NCBI GenBank assembly: GCA_037447605.1
Contig: CM074817.1
Location: forward strand, 930,001 to 994,000
Direction: 5' to 3'
Source of the DNA: Zygnema circumcarinatum SAG 698-1b
Lineage: Eukaryota > Plantae > Zygnematophyceae
DNA length: 64,000 nt
Positions 60,173 through 64,000 of this stretch are shown piece by piece. Position 1 is the stretch's first letter, and each line of letters opens with the position of its first letter. Under the pieces are notes generated by a model. It worked only from the letters and a program-made list of their open reading frames with translations, was not told where the DNA came from and ran no database searches. The position numbers and the translations under genes are program-made.

Positions 60173-63100
60173 TCAGACCAAGCATAGAGCCAAGTCCTCC
60201 TTAGAATGTTGTGCCCCCCCAACAACATGCTCCGTCATCATCACGAACTCTCCCTCCCCCTTTCTTTCGTTTTCCTCCTCCTCCTCTTTATCCTCCACCA
60301 TGGGCTCCTCCTCCGCCCCTCCCTCAGTGCCCGCGCACAGAACAGGAGCAAATTGGCCTTCGTTTTCTCTCCTTAACTTTTCATTTCTTTCATCTTCCTC
60401 GTTCGTCTGCCGTGCCTCTTCGTACATTTGTTCGATCATGGGCTTCCAGAGACGAACTCGCGCGTTAATGAACCAATTGGAGACCTGCAAAGGGGAAGGA
60501 AATCAGTACAGTGAGAGTCAGAGGATGCTTAAGAGCTTCTTTTTCTCTGGTAAAAGAAAGTGGTTCGGTTTTTGAATATCATTGAAAGAGTTCATGATCT
60601 GCAGTTTTTATCAGTCTTACCTCTTTGTGAGGTTTCTATAAATAAGGAATTTTTGGGCTATGTGCGAGGCATCTTCCTCACCTGGCTCCGCTTTAGACCT
60701 GTCGCCCGGGCGAGGCTGATTTTGTCGTCATCCGTGGGATATCTGCACCCCCTCGTGAAGTGCCCATCAGACAAGAGAAACACTTTCATGCCTTGGCCTT
60801 GTTAGACCTACTTCTATTATTACTTCTGAAGTTTCCTTAAAAACCCATCTCCTCCTCCTTCTTCTTCTTCTAATTCTTCTCCTACTTCTTCTTCTACTTC
60901 TTCTACTACTTTTTCTTCTCCATCTTCTCCTACTTCTTTTTCTTCTCCTTCTTCTTCTACTTCTTCTCTTCCCCTTCTTTTTCTTGAGCCCGAGCCCGAG
61001 TCCGAGCCCGAGCCCGAGGCCGAGCCCGAGCCTGAGCCCGAGCCCGAGCCCGAGCCTGAGCCCGAGCCCGAGCCCGAGCCTGAGCCCGAGCCCGAGCCTG
61101 CAGAGGGAGGGGGGGTTTTGGCGCTGACGGGTGCAGGAAGTGGTCGAACATCCACGCGCGGAGGAGCGCCACGGCGCGCTCCGGCAGCCCGCGCTGAACC
61201 CTCTGCTGCGATTGGCCCGCGCCCCCCCCCGCCAGGTTTAGGAGGAGCCCCGCCCCCGCCCCCGCGCGGAGCACCGCCGCGACCCGCCCCGCGCCGCCCC
61301 CGCCCCCGCCCGGCACCGCCCCCAGCCGCGCGCACTCCGCCAGGGCGCCGCTCACAGCCTGCGCGAGGAAGAGGGAGAGGGAGAGGGAGAGAGAGAGGGG
61401 TCAGGGTGGGAGGGCGAGGGAGAGGAGAGAGGGAGGGAGGGAGGGGAGGAGATGCGGAGAGAGAGGGAGTGGGGGGGTTTGGAGGAGGAGGGAGGGAAAG
61501 GGCTTTAGGGAGGGGAGGGGCGGGAGGCAGAGAGAGGGAGACGGTAGGAGGGGTGGATTGGAGGGAGGGAAAGGGAGGGAGGGGAGGAGGGGAAGGCAGA
61601 GAGAGGTAGAAGGGAAGAGGGGGGGAAGAGGAGGGAGGGAAAGGGCTTTATGGAGGGGAGGATCGGGAGACAGAGTGAGGGAGAGGTAGGAGGGGGGAGA
61701 GGAGGGAGGAGGCAAGGGAGGTCAGAGTGAGAGGAGGGTGGGGAGAGGGGGCAGCGCGGGGCGGGCCGGCGGCTGACCGCGATGTCGCCGCGCAGCGCGT
61801 CCCGCAGGCGGCGAAAGCAGCGCGCCATGGCGCGGCGCGGCGCGGCGGTGTACGGCGCGGCGGTGCAAGGCCCGGCGGCGCGCTCGAAGCCATCCTCCAC
61901 GGCGCGAAGCTGCAGGCCGTACTGCCGCCTCTGGCGACGCACCTGGGGAGAGGGAGAGGGGGAGAGAAAGAGAGGGGAGTTGGAGTGGGAGGAAAAGGGC
62001 GGGTTGGAGAGGAGAGGAGGCAGTGGATTGGGGGGGGGGGGGGAAAGGATGGAGGGGTCGAATGGACGAGGGTTGGTGAGAGGGAAGAACGTGAAATGTT
62101 AGAATTGGGGTTGAAGCTGTGTGAGGAGTGGGAGGGTGAAGGCGGGGGGGGGGGAAGGGGGAGGGGAAATGGTTGGTTTGAGGTAGCGGGAGGGGTAGGG
62201 GTAGGGCGAGGGAGTGGGAGGGGAAGAGGGAGAGGGAGATAGTGGGAGATATTGCCCGACTGATCTCACCTCCACCAGCATGCCCACCAGCGCTGCCCGT
62301 CTCGCCAGCAACTCGTCCTTTGTGAGTTGCGCCAATTGCGGCACTCGGTGTCGATCTCTCTCCCTATTTCTCAATGGAATTTGGACATTTTCCGGGTTAT
62401 CACTCTCAAGACTATTTTCCCTATTCATACGCTTTCCATCTCCTCCTCCTCCTCTCCCACACTCTCCGGTGTTGCTCGATTCCACCGGGTCGTATCCACC
62501 TCCGCAGCTCAAAGTCGTCCCTTCACTACACGTAGCGAGAGAATGGCCGGATCGAGCATGACGAAACCCTAAATTTCTATTTTTCTGATTACTGTTATCT
62601 TCTTCCCAATCCTCCACACTGCTGTGGTTGACATTGTCGTGATTATTTACTTTTTGGGGACACAAAACCATTTCTAAGGCGGACTCTCCGCTCTCCCTTT
62701 GCTCTCCTCCCACTTGAGTGGAATTCAGGGTTGAAGTTTCTTCGAATTCCGCAGTACAAAGCTCGCTCAGAAGCTCTCGGGCAGCTGCAAACTTTTTGGA
62801 CCCCAATAGGGAAGGCCCGATCGGATACGGTAATAAGTTTCCACCTGAAGAAAAGGTGACCAATTCTGCCCCTATTTCAGATTCTCCCGGAAAATTCTGG
62901 CAGGTGGCATTGCCCCTCCCTTGGTTAAATTCAGACAACCCAGCAATTCCGTCCGAATTTCCTTTGCTTTCGAGCTCCCTACTCTCTACAGGCTCGTTGG
63001 AAATCTGTTCTCCGTGAAATATTTCGCTTGAAGATTGTAAAATGGAGTATTGCCGTTGAATATTCGACAAATCCCCATTTTGTATACCTCCAAGTTCCGC

Positions 63101-64000
63101 ATCTTGATGGAATCCCTCCATAATGTGATCACCTTGCTTTGAACGCTTCGGAGAAAGTACGGAAGTAGAGAGAGGGCAATCTTGATCCGCCGACTGGTTT
63201 TGTCCCGTCTCCTCCTTCTCCTCTCCTTCTCCTTCACTTTGAAAGAGCTGATCGCTACTTTGGCACTGAAATTCAGTCGATTTCAAGGGCCTCTTGACTC
63301 CTAAGCTGCTTCTATGTGACTGTACTTTCCCCGTTCCGTTGAAACCCTGTTCGCTGTTTCCTGTTCCGTAGACCCCAATTCTCTCTCCTCTCTCCTCCTG
63401 CTGCCCCCAACTTCCCTGAATCCATCCTAAATAATCGACTGAAACCTCTCTTTCTGCATTGCCTTGATTACATAGAACTTCGCCGTTTCCGTTGGCAGTT
63501 GCGTTCGCAAGGACTGCTTCTTCTTCTTCCGGAGCAAGTTGAGGGGTCCAAATTTGATGCGACCCCCCCTCACTATAGAGCTGCTCTCGCAATGCGTGAA
63601 GCTGAGCCAATGCGAAGCTGCCACCTGGCAGCCCTCCCCCGCTGAGAGGCAGACAGCTGTTCTGGCTGCCCGCCAAGTGATGACCATTTACATGTTCAAA
63701 AATGTGCTCCGTAATTGGTTCGGAAATCGCTTCAGGGCCCAAACGAAAACTTGGAACATATGAAGGGAAAGCGAAGGGGTGGAATTCAGAAGTATCTGCA
63801 TTCCCAGGAGGAGAGAAAAGGAAAAAAAAAATGTAATGGAAGATATGGGAGAGACATGGGTGCAATTCAAATGCAGAATAAGGAGTGCAACTATAGACCC
63901 CATAAGTTGCACCCATTTGACCCGCTTTGACCCGCGTTGACCCAGCTTGACCTGGTTTGACTCTACTTCAGCCTTACCCGAATGGAAAGCCAATTGCCCA
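60173..64000 (-). CDS. BELL: BELL-class TALE homeodomain transcription factor (5' end outside the window)
   Basis: Exons (>64000)-63978, 63795-62270, 61942-61778, 61358-61129, 60742-60682, 60484-60173. SKY-like [19 protein letters not shown] domain [11 protein letters not shown]...FRRLRDAL, and homeodomain [59 protein letters not shown]. Confidence 0.93.
60987..61099. repeat. (GAGCCC)n hexamer array, intronic
   Basis: About 18 units in the intron that splits the homeodomain. Confidence 0.9.
63917..63962 (+). promoter_or_regulatory. Five TTGAC(C/T) motifs at exact 10-bp spacing in a BELL intron (putative W-box / TALE-site array)
   Basis: TTGACC at 63917, 63927, 63937 and 63947; TTGACT at 63957. 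Function is inferred only. Confidence 0.35.

Noticed and set aside
63796-63916. Using ATG 63916 as the BELL start (605-aa ORF)
   Set aside because: The first ~40 codons lie in an intron (donor 63977, acceptor 63796); the real start is outside the window.

Overview
Intron-rich eukaryotic nuclear DNA, most likely from a streptophyte green alga. A Zygnematophyceae/desmid-like origin is inferred from gene content and style, not proven. Splicing by hand gives these genes in order: coatomer beta' (COPB2, +, 24 exons); a ~1257-aa secreted multidomain protein (-) with signal peptide, two LRR modules each capped by a Cys-rich/EGF-like unit, a Pro-rich linker, a papain-family catalytic domain with an intact triad but no recognisable I29 prodomain, 2 EGFs and 3-4 Cys-rich LysMs; an upstream paralogue of its N-terminal half (LRR-EGF-extensin, LRX-like); a 4-copy DUF674 tandem array (2 intact, 2 disabled); a COMMD8-like gene; a plastid-targeted bacterial-PH membrane protein; a candidate gene with a very large E/K/R-rich tail; a DUF2358 gene; and a BELL (TALE) homeobox gene running off the right edge. 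Mobile DNA includes two copies of a Tc1/mariner-type MITE (one interrupted by a solo LTR) and a ~1-kb foldback element with an 8-bp TSD. There are many microsatellites, interstitial TTAGGG arrays, five 10-N gaps and a 1.35-kb duplication that is probably an assembly artefact. The best candidate for an undescribed system is the LRR-papain-EGF-LysM protein with its LRX-like neighbour, a possible extracellular sensor-protease module. All homology calls come from motif recognition and were not checked by search.
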